This document shows, piece by piece, positions 14,418 through 27,875 of a stretch of 64,000 nucleotides of DNA. The notes below the pieces were generated by a model that was not told the origin of the DNA, searched no databases, and was given only the letters and a program-made list of their open reading frames with translations. The DNA is from Octopus sinensis (lineage: Eukaryota): assembly GCF_006345805.1 (NCBI RefSeq), contig NC_043018.1:3286001-3350000 (forward strand). The letters are read 5' to 3'. The first letter of the stretch is position 1; each line of letters opens with the position of its first letter. The position numbers and the translations under genes were made by a program.

Positions 14418-15390
14418 TTCTATGTAAGTATGCATGTATGTATGTGAGTGTGTATACATATATAAATAAGGAGGAGTGTCACTCGTCCCCAGAGCTAAAT
14501 CGATAGCTATTAATGTATTGATCAACGGAAACAAAGACAAATAGTTGTTAAGACTTTCTCGGTTAACATTTCCTTGTATTTTTTCTACTTTACAATGGCC
14601 GCTCGAAGATTTTTCGAAAGACCAGGAAAAAAAAGAAGAAAAAGAAAAAAAGAAAGAAGAAAGCGAGAAAAATTTAAAGAGTCACATGCGAAAGAAAAAA
14701 AAACGTTAGACTGAAAATGCTGAATAGCTAATATTGTTTAAAATCTTTAACTACCTATTGTTGTCACAGATATTGATGTGCGGGTACGTGCGTGTGTCTG
14801 TGTGTGTGTGAATGAGTGTGTGTATGTGTGCGCACGCGTGTGTGTGTGAGAGAGAGAGAATGTGTATATGTTTGCGGACGTTTGTGCGCGTGTGTATATT
14901 TGTGTTTGTGGGTATGTACATATGTATATGTATATAATAGACACATATAATAGATGCATATATATATATATATATTCACACACTCACATAAATAGATAAA
15001 AGCATATATATGCACACACACACATATGAATGCATGTATGTATATGTATGTGTACGTGTGTGAGTGTATAAGTCCTGTTAGATATGTCAAAGGGAAATGT
15101 ACTCAATACATAGAGCTACTGAGATAAAATATATCAATGTGTATACATAAATGCCTGTTAATGTTTCCCCAGCTTTCTCTGAGTTACGTAATATCCTGCT
15201 TATGGCCGAATATAAGTCATTGGGTACAGTGGCGTCCAAAGTTATTTGACCCCCAACTTCTCTCCTGTAAAAAAAATTACAAAGTGACGTATTTATTAAT
15301 AATTGCCAGCCTCGAAGTTGGGGATTTCATAAGCAGAACGAGAAGTGTTATCATGGGTTCTGGATAATTGCACGTGCCAAACGCGTATAA

Positions 15391-16071
15391 GTAACCTTAT
15401 ACAAAAATTTTGAGCAATTTACTGAACCCTGATTATAATTATATAATTTTTATATGAGGTTACCGATAAAGGTTATTTTAACATTCTGAACTACTTGGTA
15501 AAATTATTAATTATTAATTAATTAATTAATTTTACTCTTTATTATTATTGAAAATATAATTCACTCCCTGATAGCAAACTGGAGTTTCTGCGGGATTACG
15601 TGGGTGATTGGGGAAGAATGCAAGTTTTCACTCGTCTGTATATATTCTGAAGTGATGGTTTTTCGATATTAGCTATTCGATGTCATTTGGTCGAATACGT
15701 ATTTAATTATTAGTACTCTCAAATTTACCATTGGAATACTACACTGAAGAAGGAAATAAGTGAGTAAAATTTAAATTTTACATCTCTTTAATCCAGAAAC
15801 GCGTATGTGGTTGATCAAAGCCGGGTGGATTCGTTATTTTTTTTCTCTTTGCCTACGTGAATAAAGAGTAATGCTGTCTAGGAGATATCTCATAGTAGAG
15901 GAATAGTATTTAACTGCTATTTCTAAATTTCAGTATATGGCGAAGCAATTTGCTGAACCCTAATTATAATTATGTTTATAATTATAAAATATTTGTATAA
16001 GGTTACCGATGAAGGTTAATTTAACTTGCCGAACTACATGTAAAATTATTAATTATTAATTAATTTTACCC

Positions 16072-16076
<5 letters not shown>
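15391..16076 (+). mobile_element. HHR-containing ~530 bp repeat, 1.25 units (Penelope pseudo-LTR / retrozyme-like)
   Basis: 15422-15540 repeats at 15953-16076; 21-bp inverted piece at 5' end (15391-15411 vs 15986-16006); internal HHR; homologous to 30997-32095 in the opposite orientation. Confidence 0.72.
15738..15811 (+). ncRNA. Type I hammerhead ribozyme (variant)
   Basis: ACUACA-CUGAAGA-[A GGA...UCC A, long stem II]-GAAAC-GC-GUA/UGUGGU; 6-bp stem I, palindromic stem III ACGCGU. Confidence 0.7.
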
Positions 16077-16106
<30 letters not shown>

Positions 16107-16108
16107 CT

Positions 16109-16139
<31 letters not shown>

Positions 16140-16469
16140 GCGCAGCTGCGTCTATGTATGTATATATATCGCAGCTGCTTTCTCATCTACGAGCCCTGCC
16201 ATTGCTAGAAAGAAGCATTGAAATGAGTCATTGATGATACAATGTGAGGCCCTTGTATGGCTCTTGACAACCTTTCCACAGGTTACACATGTTCTTTCGT
16301 GAGAAACAGCCAAACCACAATTTACAAGGAGTTGATTCCTAGTTCCCTGATGGCTGACCCCGCCTGCATCACTCATGCATTTCTCCCACAAATCACACAC
16401 ATAAAAGGCAAAACGTTCTCCTTTTCTACAGGTTCGTTCTTTCTAAACCTTTGCTTGATTTTCTCGTGA

Positions 16470-16525
<56 letters not shown>

Positions 16526-16699
16526 TCGAACAACCACTATAGACTCTCTTCCTCCATCGACTTCGCCCTTGTGCCTCTCTTTTGCCAATCAACAACTGAA
16601 ACTTCTGTCTGTATCAGAACAATTCTGAGGCAGTCCTCATATATAGGTGAATACATGAGATATATTAAATACTTATTTCTACAATAGAGTGGACAGGAA

Positions 16700-16800
16700 T
16701 AATGTGAAATAAAGTGTCTTGCTCAAGCACACACCACACAGCCCGGTCCAGGAATCGAACTCTCAACCTCACTGTTATAAGCTTGACACTCCATCCACAG
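16700..16800 (-). mobile_element. SINE family C, 5' part
   Basis: Reverse complement gives a B-box (gttcgattcctggaccggg) and gtgcttgagcaagacacttt, as in 49870-50120. Confidence 0.65.
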
Positions 16801-17201
16801 AGTTACATATACACACACATACATTCTCGCAGCTTTCCTGTACTCCCGATGTTGAACATGTTTCACTTCGTATCCAAGAACAGTTTCTCCATGAAGAAGA
16901 TAAATGTAAACAAGGGATGCAGACAGACAGCAAGATTCATTATTTCGGCGTGATTGTTGTCTCTTTAGAAGCCATAGTAATATCATAGTGTATGTAGGTT
17001 AATTTGTAGCTTCAATTTAAATTCAATCATATTTGGTTCAGCTGTACTTCTGTTGCGACCATACATTGATGTAAACCTGACTCTTTCAACTTCAATATGC
17101 CTCTCTTGTAATCGGTTTGCACAAATAAATAGATTAATGTTATAACTGCGAGGATTTATTCTCATAATTTCTGTTCATATGTGTGCGTGTATACATATAT
17201 A

Positions 17202-17237
<36 letters not shown>

Positions 17238-17306
17238 TATGTCTGTAGGAATGAGTGTGTGTGTGTGAATCATTGCAAATGATTTAAATAAATTGAGTGG
17301 AAACGT

Positions 17307-17359
<53 letters not shown>

Positions 17360-19151
17360 TACACAGATTTTGCACAAATCATTAAGTGATTTGCAATGAA
17401 TCAAACTAACGCAGCTTTAAGCTAAAAAGAGGACAAATATTAGCCTCTCGGCAGACTAATTTTCCTTCTGTTCCTAATTATATATTTGCTATCTCATAAC
17501 AACTGTCCTGTGTACAAGAATAGGTGTGTAAATGAATTTATGTTAGTGTTTGTGTTGGTGTGTGTATGGATAAACAGCATTATGTATATTAGTATGTATA
17601 AATATTAGTTCGTAAACTATGCTGGCATTTATGAACGGACGAATTATATGTGTATCCACATATGTACGGATGCATGCATCTGTGTGCGTATGTGTGTGTC
17701 TGTGTGAGTTTGTGTGTGCGCGTGCCTTAATGTATATATATATATGAATGAATGTACGTATTATATATGTGTGTGCGTGTGTGTATGTTTGTGTGAGTGT
17801 ATGTATATATTTATGTATGTATGAACTCTCATTCATACGCATATTTATCCACAAATCTTGTAAACATGATTGATAGTTTTATAATTACATATATCTGCAT
17901 GATTTCAACCTCGAGAGAAGGTAGGTTCCTTATAAGATACCGTGACCTTCTAGGAAAAGCGGGATGGCAACCTACAAATTATAACTATAAATGGTAGCGA
18001 CGCTTAGGATAATAATAGTTCAATGGCCGGAATAAAAATGCTGTGAGATCACGTTTGGAAGAACATTCTCCGTTCTTCTATTTAATCAAATATATGCTGA
18101 AACCAAAAAAGAAATTTGCTTTTGCTCTTTTGCCTGTTTTCTATCATTGGCCTGGAGCAAAGCTGAGGTAAGCGCCTATAACTATGCATGAGAATGTAAC
18201 TACATTGTTTCGGGAAAATCATGACTCCAAATGAACCAGGGTTGGTCAGTGTCGGCAAAAGTTAATTCCTGTTCCTAGAAAATAAATAGCGAAACTTTCC
18301 AGACGAAATATATCCCAAAAATTCACACCGGATCCTTTATCCAAAATTTGCCCTTCTATAAGGTTTAGTACACAAAAACCTTTTTCCTTAGATATGCGCT
18401 ACTGAAATCGGGTTTTGTCTAAAACTCCTTCTTATATCCGTACGTATGTTATGCCATCAAATGCGGTAATCAAATGAAAAATAAAAGGCATCGCAGAGGT
18501 GATGTATACCCTGGGTGCAGATAGATTTTCTCGAATATTATAGTGTGTATCTCAATGCGTTGCTTACCCACAACTTTTAATTGAACTTAATTAAGCTTTG
18601 TAAGTGTTTGACTAAAAGAGGGTGAGAAGCCTAATTAGATGACAGTTAAAAGTAAATTTGATCGATGTCTACGCCAAACGCCTATAAGTAAAATTTGCAT
18701 TCGACTAAATTAATGATTATACAAATAATAATCATGATTATGAAAAAGCAAGTGAACAAAATGAAGTACTTATAGAAAATATAGCATAGAATTTGAGAAG
18801 TGGCTTCAACGTCTTTCAATGATTCAAACGTACTGTAGTTCGTTGTAGGATATACATAATATGACCACTTGCTCATTGGAAATTTGTATGTTATTTACTT
18901 TTCTTAAATATCACGATTGTCGGTATTTATACTCCGGTGAAATTAAGTAATCAATTCATAAATAAACGAAAGCCCCGAAACCATCACACACACAGTCACA
19001 CAGACACACACAGATTCTCATATCGATGTATGTATGTACCCACACGTGTCTACGTGCTTAGCTACAGCATGATCTATACACACGCAGAGAAAGGTCGAAT
19101 CCAATTATTTATATATATAAATATGTATATATGTATGTTTGTATGTATGTA

Positions 19152-19215
<64 letters not shown>

Positions 19216-19351
19216 GTACTGTTCCGTGATTGTACTATCTACAAAAAATGTACTCCAGCAGGCGAAAGATAAATAGTATTTAATAGACATAATACATATT
19301 TCTATGTGCTAGTAATAGATTCTTTTGCGGAGGACAGGCCAAAATGATGCA

Positions 19352-19844
19352 TACCCGGCGTGCACATAAATTCTTTCGCAAAAAATCTGCATACTCAAAA
19401 TATTTTGAGTCGCCCATCCGCCAGTTTTGAAGATAATGAAACCAAATTTTCATCATTTTGAGCTACTCACCCAGTGAATATTTCTGCCTAATTTGGTAAA
19501 AATCCGTTTTGCTGTTTTCCAATTTTGCCGTTTGCCAGTAATTTTGCAGACTCACAGACAAACAAAGACGAGTGGTTACAATACCCTCCTTTCGCTTCCG
19601 CGTGCAGAGTAAAAGTATATAAATGAAAAATAAAGTCATCGGAGGGGCGATGCTTACTCTGCGCGCATATAAGGATAAAATAAAATTTGTTTCAATAAAT
19701 GTATTCTCAGACAAATTCACATTTCAACAATGAGTATTTCTTCCAAATTTGATGAAAATCCGTTTTGCCGTTTTCTAGTAATTTTGCAAACATACAAAGA
19801 CGAGTGATTACAATATCCTGTTTTCGCTTACGTGGACAGGGCAA
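19352..19844. mobile_element. Two related small TIR elements (MITE-like) in tandem
   Basis: Ends tacccggcgtgc (19352)/gcgtgcagagtaa (19612) and ttactctgcgcgc (19654)/ggacagggcaa (19844); ~120 bp 3' parts alignable. Confidence 0.45.
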
Positions 19845-21085
19845 TAAATAAATAAATAAATAAATAAATAAATAGATAAATAAATAAATACATAAATAAA
19901 GAAAGAAAGAAAGAAAGAAAGGAAGAAAGAAAGAAATTGCAGAGAACTGATTTGCGGAGAGAAGTGAAACTTCCTCCAATCTCAAAATTGCGTCTGGTTC
20001 GGTACTACTTATTTGACAAAACTCGGTTAAATGAAAGGTAACCAAACCCAGCAAAATAAAATCAAGTAAATTCTGCGCTGAATTGAAACTTAAGAACATA
20101 TGCGATAGTCAAATTATTTTCTGATACCCAGCATGTTCCATCACGATATACACTTTTCTCGGGTGGACTTAATTTCTCGGACAGTTTAACACCTGCATCA
20201 GTCCCTTGGGTTTCTTTAAAGCTGAACACATTGCTTCTGGTATTCGGGCTTGATCTATGTTCTGACAATAACTAGGTATATCCATTTGTTTATACATACT
20301 GCGGCAACTAACAGTCATGGTTTACTTCTAATACCAGGAAACATAAAGACACCGCCTTTCCTCTTGTGACTAATATGCAAACGAAACCACCTCTACTCGT
20401 ATCTGGCTTGTAATTATTCACTTATAACTGTTTCAGAGAAACCTAATTAATATCACGAAAAACATATACTGACCTTGGTCAACAGAAGAACTATTGTTCA
20501 TTCATAAATATAGCAGTGTCAGCCATTGGACTACGGCCATGTTTTGGAACTAGTTTCAAAGAGATTTTTTTACTCAAAATAACTCTGGTATATATTTCAC
20601 TTGAAACCTTTTGATATAAAAGAACGCATCAGCTTATACCAGTATCATTTTCTGTGAGGATTTTCTGGCCTCATGAGACAGATGCCGTTAATTTTGTTGG
20701 GACATTTGATTGACATGTGCTACCCACTCATGCTGTCGGATGAAATCGTTTGAGGTCGCGCTTCATGGAATCTGTTCAGTTATGGCGTGAGATACTCTCG
20801 TTTCACTCCAGTGCAGAAGTAGACGTTTTTGGAGCGGAGGCGAGTGGGCTGATGATACTCAGTAGGAAATGTGTGAGGACAAAACCGAACCCTGTTGTAC
20901 AATAAAAACCACTGAGTGTGGTAGAAAAGCAGAGACAGCTTTATCAACTCTCAATATGAGAGTGTGATCCAAGAAATATGGGAGGGATGGAGCGCATTTG
21001 CTCGGAAATTTGTGATATGATCACGGTTGAAAGATATGCTTATGTTAAAAGTGACAGCATTACTTTCACCAAATTTCTCCATGTA

Positions 21086-21872
21086 CGAGGAGGCACCCAA
21101 AAGTGACAGGAAACGTTCTCAGTGGGATAACCCCATTGTAGTTCGGGCTTTCGCTGCTAGAATCTACTTGATACGACCGCCAGGTATCAGTCTGCCGACT
21201 GGCGTTGTCGAATTATGTCATACTGCCACGTGGTGTGTCTTTGTTTTGCAGCGCTTCTCCCCTGTTCGTCGATTTTTGCGATGACTGAAACAAAGGAAAG
21301 CGTGCGTTCGTGAAATTCTGTTTTTTGCTGGGGGAAACGGTGGCTGAATCAGTTGTCATGCTTCAAGCAGCTTACAAAGATGCTGCCATGAGCAAAACAC
21401 AAGCTTACGAGTGGCTTCCACGCTTTAGGAATGGTTACTTGTCGCTTGAGCATCAACGTCATTCAGGGTAACCGTCGAACACCCGAACGAATGAAAACAT
21501 CCTAAAAATTCATGAACTGATCTTGGAGGATCGTCATCAAGTAATTGACGAACATGTTGCTATGACTGGTGTGTCCTGGAGCTCACAGAAGATCAAAAGC
21601 GTGACGTGAATTGAAGGACATTTGGAAGTTGGTCCGGACCTTTTTACGGAAGTCATCACTGGTGACAAAAGCTGGGGTTACGGAATTTTCAGATGTGGAA
21701 GAGGTGATGAAGAAGTTACGGAGGCGTTAAAAGGTATCACTTCAAATACTGGGAAACGCGCCAGGACCGAAAGCATTGCTTCAAATTGAGAATGCTTTGA
21801 AGGTGATAAACATGTAAAATTAAGTCATTAAAATGATATTGCAAAATGCCAGTTTCTTTGGGGTACCACCTC
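21086..21872 (+). mobile_element. Internally deleted, defective mariner transposon
   Basis: Imperfect TIRs cgaggaggcacccaaaag/ctttgggtaccacctcg after TA; remnants MTETKE..VKFCFLLGETVAE..MLQAAYKDAAMSKTQAYEW..RFRNG and VITGDKSWGYG (first catalytic D); stops, frameshifts, deletions. Confidence 0.88.
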
Positions 21873-22574
21873 GTGCTCTATTGTATCGTACTTGATCACC
21901 AGTTGTTATGGCTTCACAACATTCTTCTAGGCAGTGGTCATTAAAGAAAGAAAGACACTGGCTTCTTGATGATTTTCACGTCCCACAAATGTGCCATATG
22001 TAACCCGTCCAGTGATATCGAACCAGGAATCACGTTGTAGCGAAGTGAATGCTTTGGTCATGCGAGTGTAAATGCACCATTACTGGTAACAATTTAGAGA
22101 AGAAAAAAAATGAAGTAGGAATCTTGTTATCGAATTTCTTAGCTAAAGCACTATACGTGCACCATTTTTGTAGAATATTAAATACACAGAGGAATCTCTC
22201 TTTTTTTTTTTTTGAAATAATGCAGATCTCTGATCGCAGATATAATGGATCCCTAAAACAGAAAAACTAGTCATTATCTTGAAGTATCCCTAGGAAATAC
22301 AATAAAGGAAGATTTGTTCTTTTCTTCTTTTTCGTCTTTTTCCGAGGAAAATAAACTCCCCCAATTTGATCGTTAATTTAGTTAGGAAAAGACAAAGAAA
22401 CGAAGCTATTTATGGAAACAAAGATAAGGTGTTGGAGGCAAATCTATTTGATTATTGCGACGGTAGAAGGGGGCGGAGCCAGAGGGGCAGTAAGAGAAGG
22501 AGATAGTGTTGATGAAATCAGCATCAAATCTGACTTCAATAGCATTGTTCTTTCTATCTCTCTCTCTGACTTAC

Positions 22575-22644
22575 CTTTCTTTTTTATCCTTCTCCGTTCT
22601 TTCATTGTTTCGTTTTGTCTTGTTTTTATCCCGTTATCCGCCAT
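22575..22644 (-). CDS. Candidate first coding exon of an unidentified host gene (MADNGIKTRQNETMKERRRIKKK, phase 1)
   Basis: Start context AAGATGGCG and consensus donor AAG/GTAAGT; no protein family recognised and no downstream exon linked. Confidence 0.3.
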
Positions 22645-23122
22645 CTTTCGAATCTCACCCTTGGGCGAGGTCTTGTTCGGTAAATGTAAATAAACAACCC
22701 AACAAAATTGTATAGAACGAAATCAAGGAGATAAGGAATTCTCAAAAAGAAAAAAAATGAACACACACATACACATACAAAAAAATATGTATATATCCAT
22801 GTCTCATCTCTCGCCTGCTTCTCTCTATCTAACTTTCTATCTACCTCTCTATTTCTCCTTCTCCCACATACGCTCTCTCTTTCTCTTATTTGTGTGTGTG
22901 TGTGTGTGCTTGTGTAGGTGTGTTGTTACACCATTAGAATTTATAAACTTTTGGCAGAGGGAAATAATTCTTTTTTGAAACAGCGGATCTCGAAGTACGC
23001 ATAAAGCTATGAATATCGGGTTTCAATCCAAAAGGATAGAACCCCACCTCACACACACATCCACACACACACACCCACCATACACACACACACACACCCA
23101 CACACTCACCCACACACACACA

Positions 23123-23178
<56 letters not shown>

Positions 23179-23433
23179 CTGGCGGGATGGATGGATATAA
23201 ATACCTGTTGATTCACCTGAAGTGCTAAATTAAATGACTCAATACAAATGTGGAGTAATTTTTATTAAATTATAACCGGAAGTCTCTCTTTTCCAGGACC
23301 CAGAGTTATTCGTTACCGATCGTCAATCGGTAAACCGAGCCAGATATACATTTGTGAAAACTGAGATGAAAATTCGAACAAAATTCTTATCATAACGTTC
23401 TTTCCGTTAAGAAACCTTTGTGAACGTCACGTG
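22638..23433. promoter_or_regulatory. Candidate promoter/enhancer motif cluster
   Basis: CCGCCATCTT (YY1 consensus, 22638), TGACTCA (AP-1, 23235), ACCGGAAGT (ETS, 23275), GTCACGTG (E-box, 23426). Confidence 0.3.
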
Positions 23434-23961
23434 CAAAAACATCTTCAAGCTCACGTATTTAATTTCATTTCTGTTTCTCTTGCTAGTATTATAAACACCG
23501 GAAACTTTATATGAGCGAAGTTCATGAAACTGCATTGTGTCGGTTTGTTTTAAAATAATGTTTTTAAGTAATGCTTTTAATCAATGTTTTTAAAAAAAAC
23601 AATGTGTACGTGCAGATGTCTACACACACACACACACAAAATTTAATATGCATGCATATACACGTATGCATCTTTACACATTCGCACACATACACACGCA
23701 CTGAGACGTATTAAAACATATCAATAAAGCAACCATTTTGAAACCAGCGGTTTTTCTTTTGTTTTTCTGAAAGAGAAAGAAATTTCCCCGAAAATAGAAA
23801 ATGGGGAAATTCATATATAAAAGAGAACTCTGGAAAACATTCAAGTGTAGGGAGGATGGCAATTCAATATCAGAAACCATTAAAGTTCTATGAAATACAA
23901 TAAAAAAGAGAGTATAAAATGAAATGCCAATGATCGGACAAGGCTTCAAGGAGGACAACCC

Positions 23962-24340
23962 GTAGAATCGTTACTGAGCCAGGCAAAATGCTCAGCGGCA
24001 TTTTATCCTACTTTCGTTCTGAGTTCAAATTCCGCCGAGGATGACTTTGCCTTTCGTCCTTTCGAAATCGTTAAAGTACCAGTTAAACACTGGTGTCGAC
24101 TTACCCGTTCTCCCCAAATTGCTGACCTTATGCCAAGGCTTGAAACCAATATTCGTACAAAACTTCAAGGCGGCAAGCCGGTTGAATTTCGTCCGACTAG
24201 CAGCATTTCGTCCGACTATAAGTTCTGAATTCAAATACCGCAGGGGTCGCCTTTGTCTTTCATCGTTTTGGGTGGTTAGAATAAGTACCAGTTCAGCACT
24301 GAGATCGTCTGAGCACCTACTCTCTGTGACAAAAATTTCT
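23962..24340 (+). mobile_element. Two adjacent degenerate SINE family B copies
   Basis: gttctgagttcaaattccgccgaggatgactttgcc (24016) and gttctgaattcaaataccgcaggggtcgcctttg (24222). Confidence 0.7.
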
Positions 24341-24486
24341 GAATAATATTCGGCAAGATTGAGAAAATTAGTTGAGGATATAAAATAAAAATAAAAACAA
24401 AACAGAGAACCTAGACTGAAGAGTCCAGGAGTAAAATTAGTAGTTTTTTATTGCAGCAGAAAGTACTTCGATGATACTTTATGACA

Positions 24487-24793
24487 TGTTATTGTACGGG
24501 AAATGGTACACCCCTCCCACGGGATATGTGGGATGAACCAGCCACTATAAAGTGAGACGACGTCAACCAGTACAGATAGTCTGTGTCAGTTGTTGTAGAG
24601 CTGTTGTACGAGTTCTGAGTTGGAGTTGTCTCAGTTTAGTGTTATAGTCAAGTTCGAATCACAGTCGAGGTAGACGGTTCAAATTTCGGTGTCTTGCAGA
24701 GCTACCATTTCCGGTATAGAAGAAATACACTGCACCCGATACCAAGAAAATATCGTGGCTACTGGAGTAGATGCAACAGCAGCAGTCACAACA
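24487..24793 (+). mobile_element. Possible solo LTR
   Basis: TGTT...AACA termini, TATA-like ctataaag, GC-richer than flanks; no TSD found. Confidence 0.3.
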
Positions 24794-25331
24794 TTGGGCG
24801 CACATTATCACTGTGGAAAACACCTCATCATGACACATGTCGACACCAGTAATTCATGAGAAACTTAATTTATAAGTTCCTGAAAAGAGGGAAGGCAAAG
24901 TTGGCCTCGGTTGAATTTGAACTCAAAAAGAATAGCTCCGTAACTAAAATACTGTCAACGACATTATAGCAGCGGTTCTACTAGTATTGAAAGATCAATC
25001 CAAGACACTGATAATGAAAACAACAACAATGACGACGACGATGACGACGACGACAACGACAACAACAATAACAACAGCAACAACAACAACACTTAGAGTA
25101 GAAGATTAAAGAAGGAAATCCGTATGATGGGAATAGAGGAAAGACGAGTGTGCAAAGGAAGATGAAATATTCCGAATCAAAGCTGAATAGAAGTAAGCAG
25201 ACTCTTTTCTTATCATTTCTCTCTCTCTCCCCCTCTCCCCTCTCTCTTCTATGTCCTTTCAAATCTGTGTTTATACATAAATACTTGTATGTGTGGGGGA
25301 GGTGCTCGTGAGTATATATATATATATATAT

Positions 25332-25396
<65 letters not shown>

Positions 25397-25421
25397 GTGT
25401 GTATAGATTGATAGATAGATA

Positions 25422-25459
<38 letters not shown>

Positions 25460-25615
25460 TATATATATATATATACATATATATATGTATGTATACATAT
25501 ATATGCATAAATACAATATATATACATCTATATATATATTGATATACATTTAAATCTGCATATATATTTATATATATGTGTGTGTATGTATGTGTACATA
25601 TATATATATACATAT

Positions 25616-25646
<31 letters not shown>

Positions 25647-26136
25647 CTTGTGTGTATGTGTGGTGTGTGGTGTACGTAGACCTCATTCTCATCGTATTTT
25701 GTTTATTCATAGAATGCATAATATTTTATTTTTATTTTCGCTCTTCCTTCCTCTTCTTCCCTCTTCTTCAAACGCTATAAAGATTACGATAAGCCGTGTC
25801 TGTGTTATCCACAAGTGAGAATTCTTGATGACATGCTCCAGCAACCTTTTGCCAGCAGACATTTCTCTGGTCAACATTAGTGCCGTCCAAGAATGGCGAT
25901 AGCAACTCAGGGCTGCGGAAAGCCGATAGGAGTCATCATCTACAACTCAATTTATTTCCAATAATCTGCTGGGATAGAGAAATGTACAGGAAATACATAC
26001 TTATATCAATCACACACACACACACCACACCACACACACACAAACACATACACACACACATATGACCGCATACATGTCATTATACGCATGTATACATGTT
26101 GTGAGAGTGATATGCACAATACACACATACATATAT

Positions 26137-26184
<48 letters not shown>

Positions 26185-27458
26185 GGTGTGTGTGTGTGTG
26201 TGGACGTATGTACGTATATATTTGTATAAATGTATATCGGTATATACATATATATGTATGCGTCTATGTACATATATGTGTATATATATATATATATACA
26301 TACATGCATATATATAAATGTATATATATATATATATATAAACATATATATATATATATATATATGTGTGTGTATGTATCATTGAGTATGTATATGTGTG
26401 CGCATAATCACTCGTAGGAACGAATCATGTGTGATTGGTATTGATGGTACCGTTGACAATAGCCGGCATGAAGTACAAGAATGAAAATGAGGAAGAAGGA
26501 GAGCAAGAAGAAGTAAGAGAAGAAAGTGTAAACGGAGGAGGAGGAAAAGGAAGAGAAGCGAAAGATGTGAGAGGGAGGGAGGGAGGGTTGGAGTGAGGGC
26601 ACGGTCAAGAAGAAGAGAAGAACGACGTGGAGGCTGAAGAGGAGGAGGGGGAGGAGAAGATGGCGTTTGGACCTTAGAACCGAAGAAAAAGAAACAGAGG
26701 AAGGATGACCATGCGAAAATCAATAACTCGAAAGGGCGGCGGCGGTGGTGGTGGTGGTGGTGGGGGAAAAAGGAAGATTATAAGTGAAAGAAATGTAACA
26801 AGTAAATTCTTTAGAATGGTAAGAGGTGAGGTGTGAGGAAAGGAGTGGAACGGAGACAGGAGCCAAAAAGCAAGGAGTCGACTTTGATGATGAAAGAATA
26901 TTTTCGGAATGAATGATAAGACAAAAACTACGAAAGTAATACAAAGAATTCTACAGAACTTTCAAAGATATACATATGCATGTATCTATGTGTGTGTGTG
27001 TGTGTGTGTGAGTGAGTGAGTGTGTATGTGAGTGAGTGTGTGTGTGCGCGCGCTTGTATTTTTACATATAATATATATATAAATATATATATATATCTGT
27101 GCATGTGTATGTACACACGTACGCGCACACACACATATACACACATAGATACACACACTTACATGCATGCACACACACTCTCACGCACGCACACACACAC
27201 ACACTCACGCACGGACACACACACACACATTAACGCGCGCGCACGCACACACACACACAAGCGAGACCAAGGAAGAGATAGAGAGAAATACGTATAGAAA
27301 GAAAGAAAGAAAGAAAGAAAGACAGTTTTGGAAAAAATTGGTAGATAAAAAGAAACTTGGAATTTTGAAAGAAAGAAAGAAAAAAAGAAGAAAGAACGGC
27401 AAAATCTGAAAAGTAGGTGTAATTAAAAGAAGGGAAAGGTATCATCTGCAAGTTGGAG

Positions 27459-27512
<54 letters not shown>

Positions 27513-27843
27513 GAGAGAGAGAGAAAAGGACAGAGTGAGAGAGAGAGGGAGAGAGAGAGAAAGAGAAAAAGACAGAGAGGGAGGGGGGGAGGAGAGGGAG
27601 GGAAAGAATAAAGAGGGGTGGAGAGACGTCGACAACAGATTGGATTAAAAACGGTCTGATTTATAGTGTAGGATATGTTGGAATAACAAGGGAAACAACA
27701 TCAAAGGAATTTAGTTACTTGTCTTTTAGATATTAAAAGACAATTTACTTAGAGAGAGAAGTGTCTCCCTTGAGAGCGATATATATATATATACAAATAT
27801 ATATATATACACATATATAAATATATATATCTGTTGTATATTT

Positions 27844-27875
<32 letters not shown>

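Noticed and set aside
18094-18167. ATG...GAG/GTAAGC possible plus-strand exon (MLKPKKKFAFALLPVF...)
   Set aside because: Good donor but no recognisable protein or partner exon
20062-20420. Unique GC-richer stretch with a 68-aa minus ORF
   Set aside because: All candidate acceptors lead to early stops; no motif recognised
26469-26780. E/G/R-rich purine tract with ATGs
   Set aside because: Low-complexity (GAG/GAA) sequence with frequent stops
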